This document shows positions 5,824 to 13,599 of a DNA stretch of 27,627 nt, one piece after another. Each line of letters begins with the position of its first letter. The first letter of the stretch is position 1. Both the position numbers and the translations under genes were made by a program. Location of the stretch: assembly GCA_964373795.1 (NCBI GenBank), contig CAYJVY010000012.1, positions 1-27,627 of the forward strand. The letters are read 5' to 3'. Source of the DNA: an uncultured archaeon (GTDB lineage: Archaea > Iainarchaeota > Iainarchaeia > Iainarchaeales > DATDZZ01). The notes under the pieces were generated by a model. That model searched no databases and was not told where the DNA came from. It worked only from the letters and a program-made list of their open reading frames with translations.

Positions 5824-8799
5824 TTACCAACTCACACTTTTAGAGATGTCCTCAAAGCTGTCAAACCAGTATTTTTTGTATCCTTCTGAGAGTTTGTTTT
5901 TGTCTTCAGTGTACAAGAACAAGCATACATCTACTGCGTATTTGTCAAATTTGAATGTTTTTCGTTTTAATTTTTCTTCAAAAAGGAATTTGTAGCCGTC
6001 AACCTTATATTCATAGTCTGTATGGCTTGTTCCTTTTGGATCTGTAAATAATATCGTGTACTGGTTTCCTTTTTTTAGCCAGAAAATAAAGTCTGGCTTG
6101 AATTTCTCTATTTTATTGTGTGCTTTATTATAATATGGTAAATAAACCTCATCAGTATGTTCATCCAGTTTGCTGAACATCCACCAGTCGAACTGCGCCA
6201 AGAAATTGTTTTCTTTTTTCAAATAAACTTCAAGTTTCTCAATAAATCTTCGCTCGCTTTCCACACTAATAATGTGATTTATGTAATCTATTTTTTCTCT
6301 CGTTGAAAGAATTAAAGGAACATAATAATGATTGGCCACATTCTTTATTTTCAAGTCTTTAAATTCTTCTTCGCTTGAGCTTTTTGATAACTCTTTGATT
6401 TTTTTAGTGTATTCTTCAATGCTTATTTGTTTTTTCTCAAGCTTTTCTTTGAATTTTTCTTCTTCTTTTTCTGATGGAACAAACATTTTTACTTTCTCAA
6501 CAGCTTCCTTGAATTTCTCTAATTCGCTGTTTTCCAATGAAACCCTTATTTTTTTGAAGTGAATTATTTCATCCTCTAATTTCTTGAATTTATCAAGGTC
6601 TTGTAAGGTAATGTTTAGGTGGTCAACAAGTTTTTGCATTTGAATTGAAACATTTCTTGAACCATTTTCAATAAAACTGCCGTTCTCAACAAACTCTTTT
6701 GCCTCGCTAATGTGCTTTGGCTGAATTTCTCTTGCTTGCGATAACTGATTATAAATAATTTTTTCGTCTCCAAGCCAATTCAAATAGTCTTTTAACATTT
6801 GCCGGTTGCCTTCAAATTTTGGCAGTTCTGCAACAGCAACCATTTCTTTTCTGTCCTTATAAGTTGGGATAATAAGCTCTCTTTGTTTGGCGTCTATATT
6901 TTCTTCTAATTCAATTATTTCTCCCGCAGTTTTTCTTTCATACTTAATGCTTTCTAAAATCTTAGATACATTGGTTTTGCTTGTCCCAAAAACAAAAAGC
7001 GTTTCAATAAGCGACACAGCATAGTCATCAAGTTTAGAACACATTTCTTTTGCCAAATTTGTTTCTTTCTTTAATGGAATAAGCCTTTTTCTTTTTCCTT
7101 TAATTGGCTCAATTCTTACCCCTCTGCCAATTGATTGAGTAACATATTTTTTTGCGTCTCCGGTTCCAATGTTTATGAAAACCATTACATTTGGCCTGTT
7201 GCTGTCCCAGCCCTCATAAAAAGCCCTTGATCCCATCAAAATATTTACGTGATTGTCATCCTTGCTAATGCTTTTGAAAAAGCTTCTGTTTTCAAATGAC
7301 TCATTTATTTCATAGTTTTCAAGCTTTTCCTTTAACCAGGTTGTAATGTCTCCAATTTTGATTAATGCAAACGGCTGGTCAGAAGTCTTTAACTTGAAAA
7401 TGAGTTCTTCCCTGTTTGAAGGAATTTTTAGCACTTCAATTTTTCCAAAAGAAGACGCATTAAAAACCCATTTTAAAATGTCTTTTGCATCAATTTTTTC
7501 AATTAACTCTTTTTTTAGGATTAAGCTTTCGCTTCCAAACACAAACCTCGGGTGTTTTTCCAGTTCTTGAACAATCTCCTGCTTTGCTTTTTCCAATATT
7601 TCTTTATCAATGTCTCCTTTGGCAATGTTTTCTATTTCCTTAAAGAAAATTTCCAAATCTGAATCCTGAACATTTACAGAATTAACCAAAGAAACCATTA
7701 AAGGATTGTGATAAGCTGGATTTTGCAATTTTTTGTTAATTGTTTCCCTTGCCTTTTTTGCTATTGAAAGCAGGATTAGAGATTTTAGCACTATTTTTTG
7801 TTTTTCTTTGCTTTCAAAATAATCTTTTTGCTTAAAAACATTTAACTCTTGCTGTGAAAGATAAACATTCTTACCATATCCCTGCCTAATAAAGGCATCA
7901 AGGTTAAAGTTATAGATTGTTGTAAGAATATCCCACGCATCTGTAAAGGTTGCAGAAAAATTGAATATAAAACCGTTTCTTGTTAAAACAGAGTAATAAA
8001 TCTGCCTTTTTGAATCCTCTTTGTCTCCCTTATGCGCTTCATCAAGCAAAACATACCAATTGCCGTTGTTTTCAATATCTTCAAAGCTTAACAGCTTTTC
8101 CTTTGTTCTGTCTGAAATCAAGTCAGAGCGGTAAACAAAAACATTAATGTCTTCCTTGAATGAAAGCACTGTTCCTTTTTTTACTGAATCAAACTTTGTT
8201 AATTCCCACAATCTTATTTTTCTGTTTGCAAGCTTGTTAAATTCTTCAACGTGCTGTTTAATTTGCTCAATTAAATCTTCTCTATGAGTTAAAACCAGAA
8301 TGTCATTATCCGGGATTTGCTGGCCTCTTTTGAGTTTATCCAACAATTCAATTAGCTTTACTAAAATGATTGTTTTTCCTGAACCTGTTGCCATCCAGAA
8401 ACTCATTCTGTTAACAAAATTGTAAAAGTGAATCTTGTTATCATCAATTACTTTGTAGTATTCTTTTAGCTTGTTGAATAGTGCTTTGTTTCCTTTGCTT
8501 GTTATTCCAAGAGAATCAATCAGTTTGCCATCAAACCTTCTTGCTTCATTCAAAAGCTTTTTCTTTCTTTCAATGTTTGATAACTCGTTTTCTGTTTTGT
8601 TGTATTCTTGCAGTGAAACATAGTAATAGTGCAGGAAGTTTATTGCGTCTTTTATTGCTTCCTGCTGGTAATCAAAAAGCGAAATTTCTTTTGAGAAAGT
8701 GTTTAGTCTTGTGTCAATCCATTCTGATGGCAAGGTATTGAATTCTATTTCTTCAACCAAACCCTGAAAAATTAGCGGGATATTTTCTTTTTCAGCCAT
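5824..8799 (-). CDS. res: Type III restriction enzyme Res subunit (SF2 helicase plus C-terminal PD-(D/E)xK nuclease)
   Basis: Helicase motifs present: Q-like LFDYQQEAI, motif I MATGSGKT, motif II LLDEAHKG, motif III FSATF and motif VI QSIGRGVRI. The C-terminal nuclease signature is KPDFIFW...ILFTDPKG. The ATG at 8799 lies 2 nt after the mod TAG and is preceded by GGTGG. The ORF-track start at 8811 is a TTG overlapping mod. Confidence 0.9.
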   Translation of the reverse strand: MAEKENIPLIFQGLVEEIEFNTLPSEWIDTRLNTFSKEISLFDYQQEAIKDAINFLHYYYVSLQEYNKTENELSNIERKKKLLNEARRFDGKLIDSLGITSKGNKALFNKLKEYYKVIDDNKIHFYNFVNRMSFWMATGSGKTIILVKLIELLDKLKRGQQIPDNDILVLTHREDLIEQIKQHVEEFNKLANRKIRLWELTKFDSVKKGTVLSFKEDINVFVYRSDLISDRTKEKLLSFEDIENNGNWYVLLDEAHKGDKEDSKRQIYYSVLTRNGFIFNFSATFTDAWDILTTIYNFNLDAFIRQGYGKNVYLSQQELNVFKQKDYFESKEKQKIVLKSLILLSIAKKARETINKKLQNPAYHNPLMVSLVNSVNVQDSDLEIFFKEIENIAKGDIDKEILEKAKQEIVQELEKHPRFVFGSESLILKKELIEKIDAKDILKWVFNASSFGKIEVLKIPSNREELIFKLKTSDQPFALIKIGDITTWLKEKLENYEINESFENRSFFKSISKDDNHVNILMGSRAFYEGWDSNRPNVMVFINIGTGDAKKYVTQSIGRGVRIEPIKGKRKRLIPLKKETNLAKEMCSKLDDYAVSLIETLFVFGTSKTNVSKILESIKYERKTAGEIIELEENIDAKQRELIIPTYKDRKEMVAVAELPKFEGNRQMLKDYLNWLGDEKIIYNQLSQAREIQPKHISEAKEFVENGSFIENGSRNVSIQMQKLVDHLNITLQDLDKFKKLEDEIIHFKKIRVSLENSELEKFKEAVEKVKMFVPSEKEEEKFKEKLEKKQISIEEYTKKIKELSKSSSEEEFKDLKIKNVANHYYVPLILSTREKIDYINHIISVESERRFIEKLEVYLKKENNFLAQFDWWMFSKLDEHTDEVYLPYYNKAHNKIEKFKPDFIFWLKKGNQYTILFTDPKGTSHTDYEYKVDGYKFLFEEKLKRKTFKFDKYAVDVCLFLYTEDKNKLSEGYKKYWFDSFEDISKSVSW

Positions 8800-8801
8800 T
8801 G

Positions 8802-11288
8802 CTACCACCAAATCAATGGCCTAACCAAACCATAATCAAGCTTGTCAAACTCTATTTTTTCGTTTCCTTCCAAAACAACAAAACCTTTTCCAATTTTCTT
8901 AATCTTTTTTCCAGTTAAATTTGATATTGTTTCAGCTAAGTCAATGTTTGAATAAATCTTTGAAAAATCAACTTCAACCTTGTTCTTTTTGAAATCCAAT
9001 TCCATTGCTTTTAACAGCTTTTCATCTTTTAGGAAAACATACTGCTGGAAAATGCTTTTATCAGAAAAATCAGCAAAAGGATGACTCTCTTTATAAACAG
9101 CCTTCTTTAATGTTTGTTCGTATTGCTCTAAATCATAATACTTAAAGAAACCGCCACCATTCCAATTAACTTCTTTTGAAATACCTGATTTTTCTCCAGA
9201 CAAAACGCTTTTCATTCTCGGCAAAACAACAGAATCAAAATGCTCACCCATTTCAACGCCAAGCCATTTCCTACCAAGTTTATGGGCAACTGCTGTTGTT
9301 GTGCCACTGCCAAGGAAAAAGTCCATAACTAAATCTCCTTCATTGGAAGTGGATTCTATGACTCGTTTTAGGAGGGCTTCAGCATTCTCTGTCTGGAAGT
9401 CCCATCCAAAAGAATAACCCGGGATATCTGTCCAGTTAGAATCGATTTGTTTTTCTTCGGTGGGAGGTAAAAGGTATTCTACTCGTACTTTATTTTTATT
9501 TCCGCATTTTAAACAACCTTTCCAAGTTCCACTCGTATGTATATATCCGCAATTTTTACAAATCAATCTAATTTTTTGCTGTGCTTCCAATTCTCTAATT
9601 TTATTCTGTCCGTATGTCCAGTGCCTTCCTTCTGGTGGTTCGAACAAATAACCAAAAATATAAAGACCTTGCCCTTGCCCTTGCGAATCCATAGCATGCC
9701 ATCTTTCACTTTTTGCTTGTGTTAATTTTTTGAAAAGTAGATTAAATAAGAAGCTTTCATATTTAGAAAAAAGATAAAGCGAATCTGTAGCGGTATTAAA
9801 TTTCCTAACTTTAGGGTCTTGCTTGCTAATTCTACTAACAATTATTTCATTCCTAAAGTTTTCTTCTCCGAAGATGTTGTTTAACAACATTTTCACATAC
9901 ACATTTCCGTTGTAATCGCATCGGACAAATATGCTTCCTTTTTCGTTTAATAAATCTCTTGCTAAATTTATTCTGTTTTCAAGTAAGGTTATCCAGTTTG
10001 CATCTTTGTAATTTACGTTGTATAAGAAGTCTGCGTTTGTTCCTAAATTAAACGGTGGATCAATGTAAATTGTTTGTATTTGTTCTTGGAATTTTGGGAG
10101 AATGGTTTTTAGTGCTTGGTAGTTTTCTGAGTGAATTAACCAGCCGTCTAATTCGTTGTCTAAATCATCAAACAAAGAAAGCAATTCAAGTTTAATGTTT
10201 TCGTCAAAGTGCTTGGTGTCAATTGGCAAGTGCTCAAATTCTTTGTTTAAGCCCTTTCCGTTTAAATTATTAATCAGAATTTCATTTGGCTTAAAGTCTT
10301 TGCTTACAATTCCGAGTTCTTGCCATTCTTTTGCTTGCACTTCAAAGTTTTTGTGTTTTAAAATTTCTTGAATTAGCTTGTTTCCTTCTTTTTTCTTGGA
10401 AATTCTGTCCAAGGTAATTACATAGTTTGAGTTTAACACAAATTTTGGCTTGTTCCAGACTTTTACTAATTCATCTTCAAACTGTGCTACAAAGTCAATT
10501 GTCTTAAAGGCTATTTCTTTCAAAGCTTTTAACTCTTTTAATCTTCTTTCTTGGAAAAGGCTTTCTTCATCCATCAAATAGTTTTTAATCCATAAATCGA
10601 ATTGTTCTTTCAAAAACTTTTCAGCATTTTTGTTAATGAAAAAGTCCACTTCGTTTTGTTTTTCAAATATTCTGAAAATCCTAGTCAAGCCTTCTTCTTC
10701 AATAAAGACTTTTTTCTTTTTGAAGTCTTTTAAAACTTCATCTGTTTTTGTTTTTCTCCCTTTTTCAGAATAAAAAACATTGAAAGTGATTTCTTTTTCT
10801 TTCACGTTTTTTAATTCGTACATTATTTCTTTTTTCTCGTTTCCTTTTTTGTGTTCAAGCTTTGAAACATCAAAATGGATTTTATAAGAAATTCCATCTT
10901 CGTCAAAATCAATCGTCAAGTTTTTCCAAATTTTGTCACTTTTGACATAGTAAAGCATTTGAGTTTTCCAAAACAAGGCAACATCTTTGTTGTTAGTGTA
11001 AACCTGTTCATAAACTTTTGATTTCAGCGGAGTGTAGCTGAAGTAAATGCTTCCTGATTCAGAAAAATAGGTTTTAAAAAAAGAATATAATTTGTCAAAC
11101 ATTTCCTCTTTAAACTCGGGAAACTCTTTTGTTTTTCCTTCAATTTCTTTATTTAATTCCTTGAAAATTATATCAAAGTAAGCTGACTTCATTCTCATCA
11201 AATTAATAAAGCCAGAATCCCCTTCTATCTTGGCTCCAATGAAAATGTCTTTCAATTGGTCAAAAAACAATTTTTCTTTTTGAGTCAT
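8802..11288 (-). CDS. mod: Type III-like Mod DNA methyltransferase (N6A/N4C, beta-class motif order) with a long N-terminal extension
   Basis: Motif IV is IYIDPPFN at residues about 407-414. Motif I is DFFLGSGTTTAVAHKLGRKWLGVEM near the C-terminal third. A CxxC...CxxC zinc ribbon (CKNCGYIHTSGTWKGCLKCG) sits between them. The gene lies directly upstream of res with a 2-nt gap. Confidence 0.9.
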   Translation of the reverse strand: MTQKEKLFFDQLKDIFIGAKIEGDSGFINLMRMKSAYFDIIFKELNKEIEGKTKEFPEFKEEMFDKLYSFFKTYFSESGSIYFSYTPLKSKVYEQVYTNNKDVALFWKTQMLYYVKSDKIWKNLTIDFDEDGISYKIHFDVSKLEHKKGNEKKEIMYELKNVKEKEITFNVFYSEKGRKTKTDEVLKDFKKKKVFIEEEGLTRIFRIFEKQNEVDFFINKNAEKFLKEQFDLWIKNYLMDEESLFQERRLKELKALKEIAFKTIDFVAQFEDELVKVWNKPKFVLNSNYVITLDRISKKKEGNKLIQEILKHKNFEVQAKEWQELGIVSKDFKPNEILINNLNGKGLNKEFEHLPIDTKHFDENIKLELLSLFDDLDNELDGWLIHSENYQALKTILPKFQEQIQTIYIDPPFNLGTNADFLYNVNYKDANWITLLENRINLARDLLNEKGSIFVRCDYNGNVYVKMLLNNIFGEENFRNEIIVSRISKQDPKVRKFNTATDSLYLFSKYESFLFNLLFKKLTQAKSERWHAMDSQGQGQGLYIFGYLFEPPEGRHWTYGQNKIRELEAQQKIRLICKNCGYIHTSGTWKGCLKCGNKNKVRVEYLLPPTEEKQIDSNWTDIPGYSFGWDFQTENAEALLKRVIESTSNEGDLVMDFFLGSGTTTAVAHKLGRKWLGVEMGEHFDSVVLPRMKSVLSGEKSGISKEVNWNGGGFFKYYDLEQYEQTLKKAVYKESHPFADFSDKSIFQQYVFLKDEKLLKAMELDFKKNKVEVDFSKIYSNIDLAETISNLTGKKIKKIGKGFVVLEGNEKIEFDKLDYGLVRPLIWW

Positions 11289-11437
11289 TCCTTATTCGCC
11301 TCTAATTCTTTTTTCATAAAATTCTCAACCTGTTTAGATAGAATTATTCCTTTCTTCTCACAGTATGCTCGATATTTATCATAAACTTGTTCTTCAATAC
11401 TTAAAGCAACAGTTTTTTTAGCCAACCCAAACACCAC
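11285..11437 (-). CDS. Small ribbon-helix-helix (CopG-like) protein, putative controller of the RM operon
   Basis: Hand translation gives (V)VFGLAKKTVALSIEEQVYDKYRAYCEKKGIILSKQVENFMKKELEANKE. The layout is RHH-like: beta-strand KTVALSI plus two helices. Its TGA overlaps the mod ATG (ATGA). Only GTG (11437, 11434) or TTG (11425) starts are available, and there is an in-frame TAA just upstream. Confidence 0.5.
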   Translation of the reverse strand: MVFGLAKKTVALSIEEQVYDKYRAYCEKKGIILSKQVENFMKKELEANKE

Positions 11438-11439
11438 TT

Positions 11440-11470
11440 ACATATACTTCTATATGTGTTTATATATCAA
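11440..11470 (-). promoter_or_regulatory. Putative TATA box plus 7-4-7 inverted repeat operator upstream of the RHH-mod-res operon
   Basis: ACATATA (11440-11446) and TATATGT (11451-11457) form a perfect inverted repeat with a 4-nt spacer, 3 nt upstream of the GTG at 11437. The minus strand reads TTGATATATAAAC about 27 nt upstream of that GTG. This is consistent with an archaeal TATA box and a leaderless transcript. Confidence 0.4.
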
Positions 11471-11598
11471 GTCTTTTTAAAGCTTTTCAGGGAGTAGATT
11501 TCCAATGAACAAAAATAGAACAATAAGTAAATAGCCCTTACTTTTGCTTATATTTGGCATCTTTACATTAGTTTATTCTGCAAGTGTTTCAGTTGTCT

Positions 11599-11901
11599 TT
11601 AATTTGGATTGGAGTAGCAGGTCTTAATTTTTAATATGCCGAAGGCTTTTTTAGTGTTAGATTTTGTTAGTGTTTTCCCATATTCTTCTAAAATGTAGAA
11701 AAATGACCAAATAAATACTACACTAAGAATTGTTCCAACTATTGTGAAGAAAAATAAAATTGCCTTCACTAAGTTACCATCTAATAAGAATGACAAGCTT
11801 GGGGAAATAATTGCAATAAGTAATGCTAACCATCCTTGTTTTTTAATTTCAGTAAAAACATAAGTTAATGCATTTTTGTAAGCCTTAAGTTTATTGCCCA
11901 T
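11599..11901 (-). CDS. Hypothetical membrane protein (100 aa, 2 TM)
   Basis: The ORF has hydrophobic segments WLALLIAIISPSLSFLL and AILFFFTIVGTILSVVFIWSFFYIL. It overlaps the upstream ORF by 37 nt. Confidence 0.45.
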   Translation of the reverse strand: MGNKLKAYKNALTYVFTEIKKQGWLALLIAIISPSLSFLLDGNLVKAILFFFTIVGTILSVVFIWSFFYILEEYGKTLTKSNTKKAFGILKIKTCYSNPN

Positions 11902-12110
11902 ATAAATCCATATTCGTTATATAAGTGGTATCCGATATATGCCAGAATTAAGCCTAAAACAAATAACGCTACGGTGCTATTGAGTGTCGGATATTTCAAT
12001 AGCAAATCATTTAATTGTGGTATAACTATTGCAATTCTCAAACCTATCAAAACAAGATAAGCTCCAATTAGTGCGACAATAAATCCTGCTATTTGCTTTA
12101 TGTTTGTCAT
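11865..12110 (-). CDS. Hypothetical membrane protein (81 aa, 2-3 TM)
   Basis: The ORF has IAGFIVALIGAYLVLIGLRIAIVI and VALFVLGLILAYIGYHL. It is on the same strand as its neighbours and close to them. Confidence 0.5.
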   Translation of the reverse strand: MTNIKQIAGFIVALIGAYLVLIGLRIAIVIPQLNDLLLKYPTLNSTVALFVLGLILAYIGYHLYNEYGFIWAINLRLTKMH

Positions 12111-12125
12111 TAATTACCACCTTTA

Positions 12126-12314
12126 TTAAATTTCCAATATCTTCCAGCTACTCAAATCGTTTGGATTGTATTCATATTTTTCTTGGTCGTTGTAGCGCCA
12201 AGTACCGTTTACATAAATGGCTATTCCACCCCAGAGCTTTTTCCCTTTCTTGTTTTGTTCTTTAATATACTTTTGCAGCCCCTCTGCTCTTGGTCTAGCA
12301 TCCTTTGCTGTCAT
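12126..12314 (-). CDS. Hypothetical small protein (62 aa)
   Basis: ORF MTAKDARPRAEGLQKYIKEQNKKGKKLWGGIAIYVNGTWRY... Its ATG overlaps the TGA of an upstream 43-codon ORF (ATGA). No family was recognised. Confidence 0.4.
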   Translation of the reverse strand: MTAKDARPRAEGLQKYIKEQNKKGKKLWGGIAIYVNGTWRYNDQEKYEYNPNDLSSWKILEI

Positions 12315-12442
12315 CCCACTTTTCGTGTCGAATAAGCCGATGGTTCCACCTTGAGTTGAGTATCCCTAATAAAAGACTCTATTAATCTTTTTGGAATTCT
12401 AGTGTGAGGATCAATTAGTCTTACTGTAATTTTTCCAGTCAT
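12311..12442 (-). CDS. Hypothetical 43-aa ORF
   Basis: Hand translation gives MTGKITVRLIDPHTRIPKRLIESFIRDTQLKVEPSAYSTRKVG. It is the first ORF downstream of tRNA-Asn and is stop/start-coupled to the next ORF. Support is weak because of its size. Confidence 0.3.
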   Translation of the reverse strand: MTGKITVRLIDPHTRIPKRLIESFIRDTQLKVEPSAYSTRKVG

Positions 12443-12490
12443 AAAATAACTAATTCCTTTTAGATTAATAAATTATCTTTTTTTAAGAAA

Positions 12491-12564
12491 CTGGGGGAGA
12501 GAGATTCGAACTCCCGCCATCCGAGTTAACAGCCCGGTATCCTAAACCGCTAGACTATCCCCCT
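12491..12564 (-). tRNA. tRNA-Asn (anticodon GUU), no encoded CCA
   Basis: The reverse complement is AGGGGGAUAGUCUAGCGGUUUAGGAUACCGGGCUGUUAACUCGGAUGGCGGGAGUUCGAAUCUCUCUCCCCCAG. It folds as a cloverleaf with anticodon stem CCGGG/CUCGG, loop CUGUUAA, T arm GGGAG-UUCGAAU-CUCUC and discriminator G73 (as expected for Asn). It is followed by TTTCTT. Position 1:72 reads A:A. Confidence 0.9.
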
Positions 12565-12768
12565 AAATTTTTGAATATGTTTTTTTCACTAGAAAAAACA
12601 CTAAAAAGTTAACAAAAACCTAAAACGTTTAATTGGCCTACCTAGAAGCTTCTAGTGAGTATCCAGAATATATGTAATTCCGGCTTAATAAACTTTTTTA
12701 CAATAAAATCGATGAAAATACGATAAAAATGCAGTATATTTAATAATATTTCGGACAATTTACGTATT

Positions 12769-13212
12769 ATGCTTGACAAACTTGACTTTGAGGTTTTGAA
12801 TTTATTGGAGGAAGATTCAAGTACTTCTATTAGCAGGCTTGCATTAAAGCTTGGAATTCCTAAAACAACTTTGTTTGATAGAATTAAAAAATTGCGAAAA
12901 GAAGGAGTAATAAAGAAATTCAGTATTGTGAAAGATTTTGAAAAACTTGGATTAGAAGCAACTGCATTTATTTTAGTTAAATTCACTCCTCTTTCAATAA
13001 AACATGTTTCACAGAAAAGAGTTGCAGAAGAAATTTCTAAATTAAAAGGAGTTCAAGAAGTGCATATTATTTCAGGCGAATACGACATTCTAGTTAAAGC
13101 CATTGCTAAAAACTTGAAAGAATTAGGAAAACTAGTAGTAGAAAAACTTAGAGAAGTAGACGGAGTATCTGAAACAGTTACTTGCACTGTATTTGAAACC
13201 CTTAAACAGTGA
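12769..13212 (+). CDS. Lrp/AsnC family transcriptional regulator
   Basis: The 147-aa product has an N-terminal wHTH (LDFEVLNLLEEDSSTSISRLALKLGIPKTTLFDRIKKLRKEGVIKKF). This is followed by a RAM-type ligand domain (GLEATAFILVKF...VQEVHIISGEYDILVKAIAKN). Confidence 0.9.
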   Translation: MLDKLDFEVLNLLEEDSSTSISRLALKLGIPKTTLFDRIKKLRKEGVIKKFSIVKDFEKLGLEATAFILVKFTPLSIKHVSQKRVAEEISKLKGVQEVHIISGEYDILVKAIAKNLKELGKLVVEKLREVDGVSETVTCTVFETLKQ

Positions 13213-13510
13213 GATTATTCTGCAATCACAATGTTTTCTTCCCACAAAAAGAACTAGTGATTCCAACAATTTTAGTCCTGTCCTTTGGAGACAGGCATCA
13301 ACAATCTTTGGAGAAAAATTCGGAAAAACAAAAATAACAAAAAACAAAAGCCTGGAAGGAACAGTAACAGGAATCGCAATCGCAACCTTAATACCACTGC
13401 CAATATTCTCCTTCAGCAAAGCACTAGGAATAGCACTAATATGAATGCTAGCAGAATACCTGCCACTGAATGACAACTTACAGTGCCTTTTTGCACTGCG
13501 CTTGCAGTAA
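13209..13510 (+). pseudogene. Remnant of a polyprenol/dolichol-kinase-like (CTP_transf_1-like) membrane protein gene
   Basis: The frame starting at 13209 gives ...PTILVLSFGD. After a 2-nt shift the next frame gives ASTIFGEKFGKTKITKNKSLEGTVTGIAIATLIP...ALGIALI. An in-frame TGA follows at 13442-13444, then MLAEYLPLNDNL... to TAA at 13508-13510. The pattern GD.A..i.G..fGk.ki..nKSlEG....DNL resembles the C-terminal half of this family. The N-terminal half is absent. Confidence 0.4.
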
Positions 13511-13599
13511 CACTAATTTGACATAAGTTTATTAGTATTAATAAATAAAATATACGTATGACTCAGACTAATAAAACAGGTTCAGTCGTCCATCAGAGC

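Noticed and set aside
5798-10371. Plus-strand ORFs inside res and mod (5798..5995, 6332..6562, 7346..7570, 8481..8741, 9460..9651, 9537..9725, 10156..10371)
   Set aside because: All are antisense to long, motif-rich genes. Their low-complexity Phe/Ser/Leu-rich translations are typical of the complement of Lys/Glu-rich coding sequence. They have no SD and no conserved motifs.
5158-12564. The tRNA-Asn-flanked segment as a bona fide integrated mobile element
   Set aside because: No integrase or recombinase gene is present, and I found no direct repeat of the tRNA-Asn 3' end near 5158-5340. Only a weak GTTAAC-centred resemblance at 5231-5243 turned up. It is reported as a hypothesis, not as a mobile_element feature.
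12642-12986. 114-aa minus-strand ORF overlapping the Lrp/AsnC gene and its promoter
   Set aside because: It is antisense to a clearly recognisable regulator, and its translation is low-complexity. Other antisense or shadow ORFs were rejected for the same reason: 3867..4088, 5351..5572, 13726..13908, 14850..15056, 15170..15490, 23418..23618, 23845..24078, 24210..24530 and 26796..27080.
13132-13476. Overlapping ORFs 13132..13476 (-), 13193..13444 (+) and 13285..13473 (+) as real genes
   Set aside because: They mutually overlap in a region better explained as a frameshifted, stop-containing remnant of a polyprenol-kinase-like gene. None has a credible start context.
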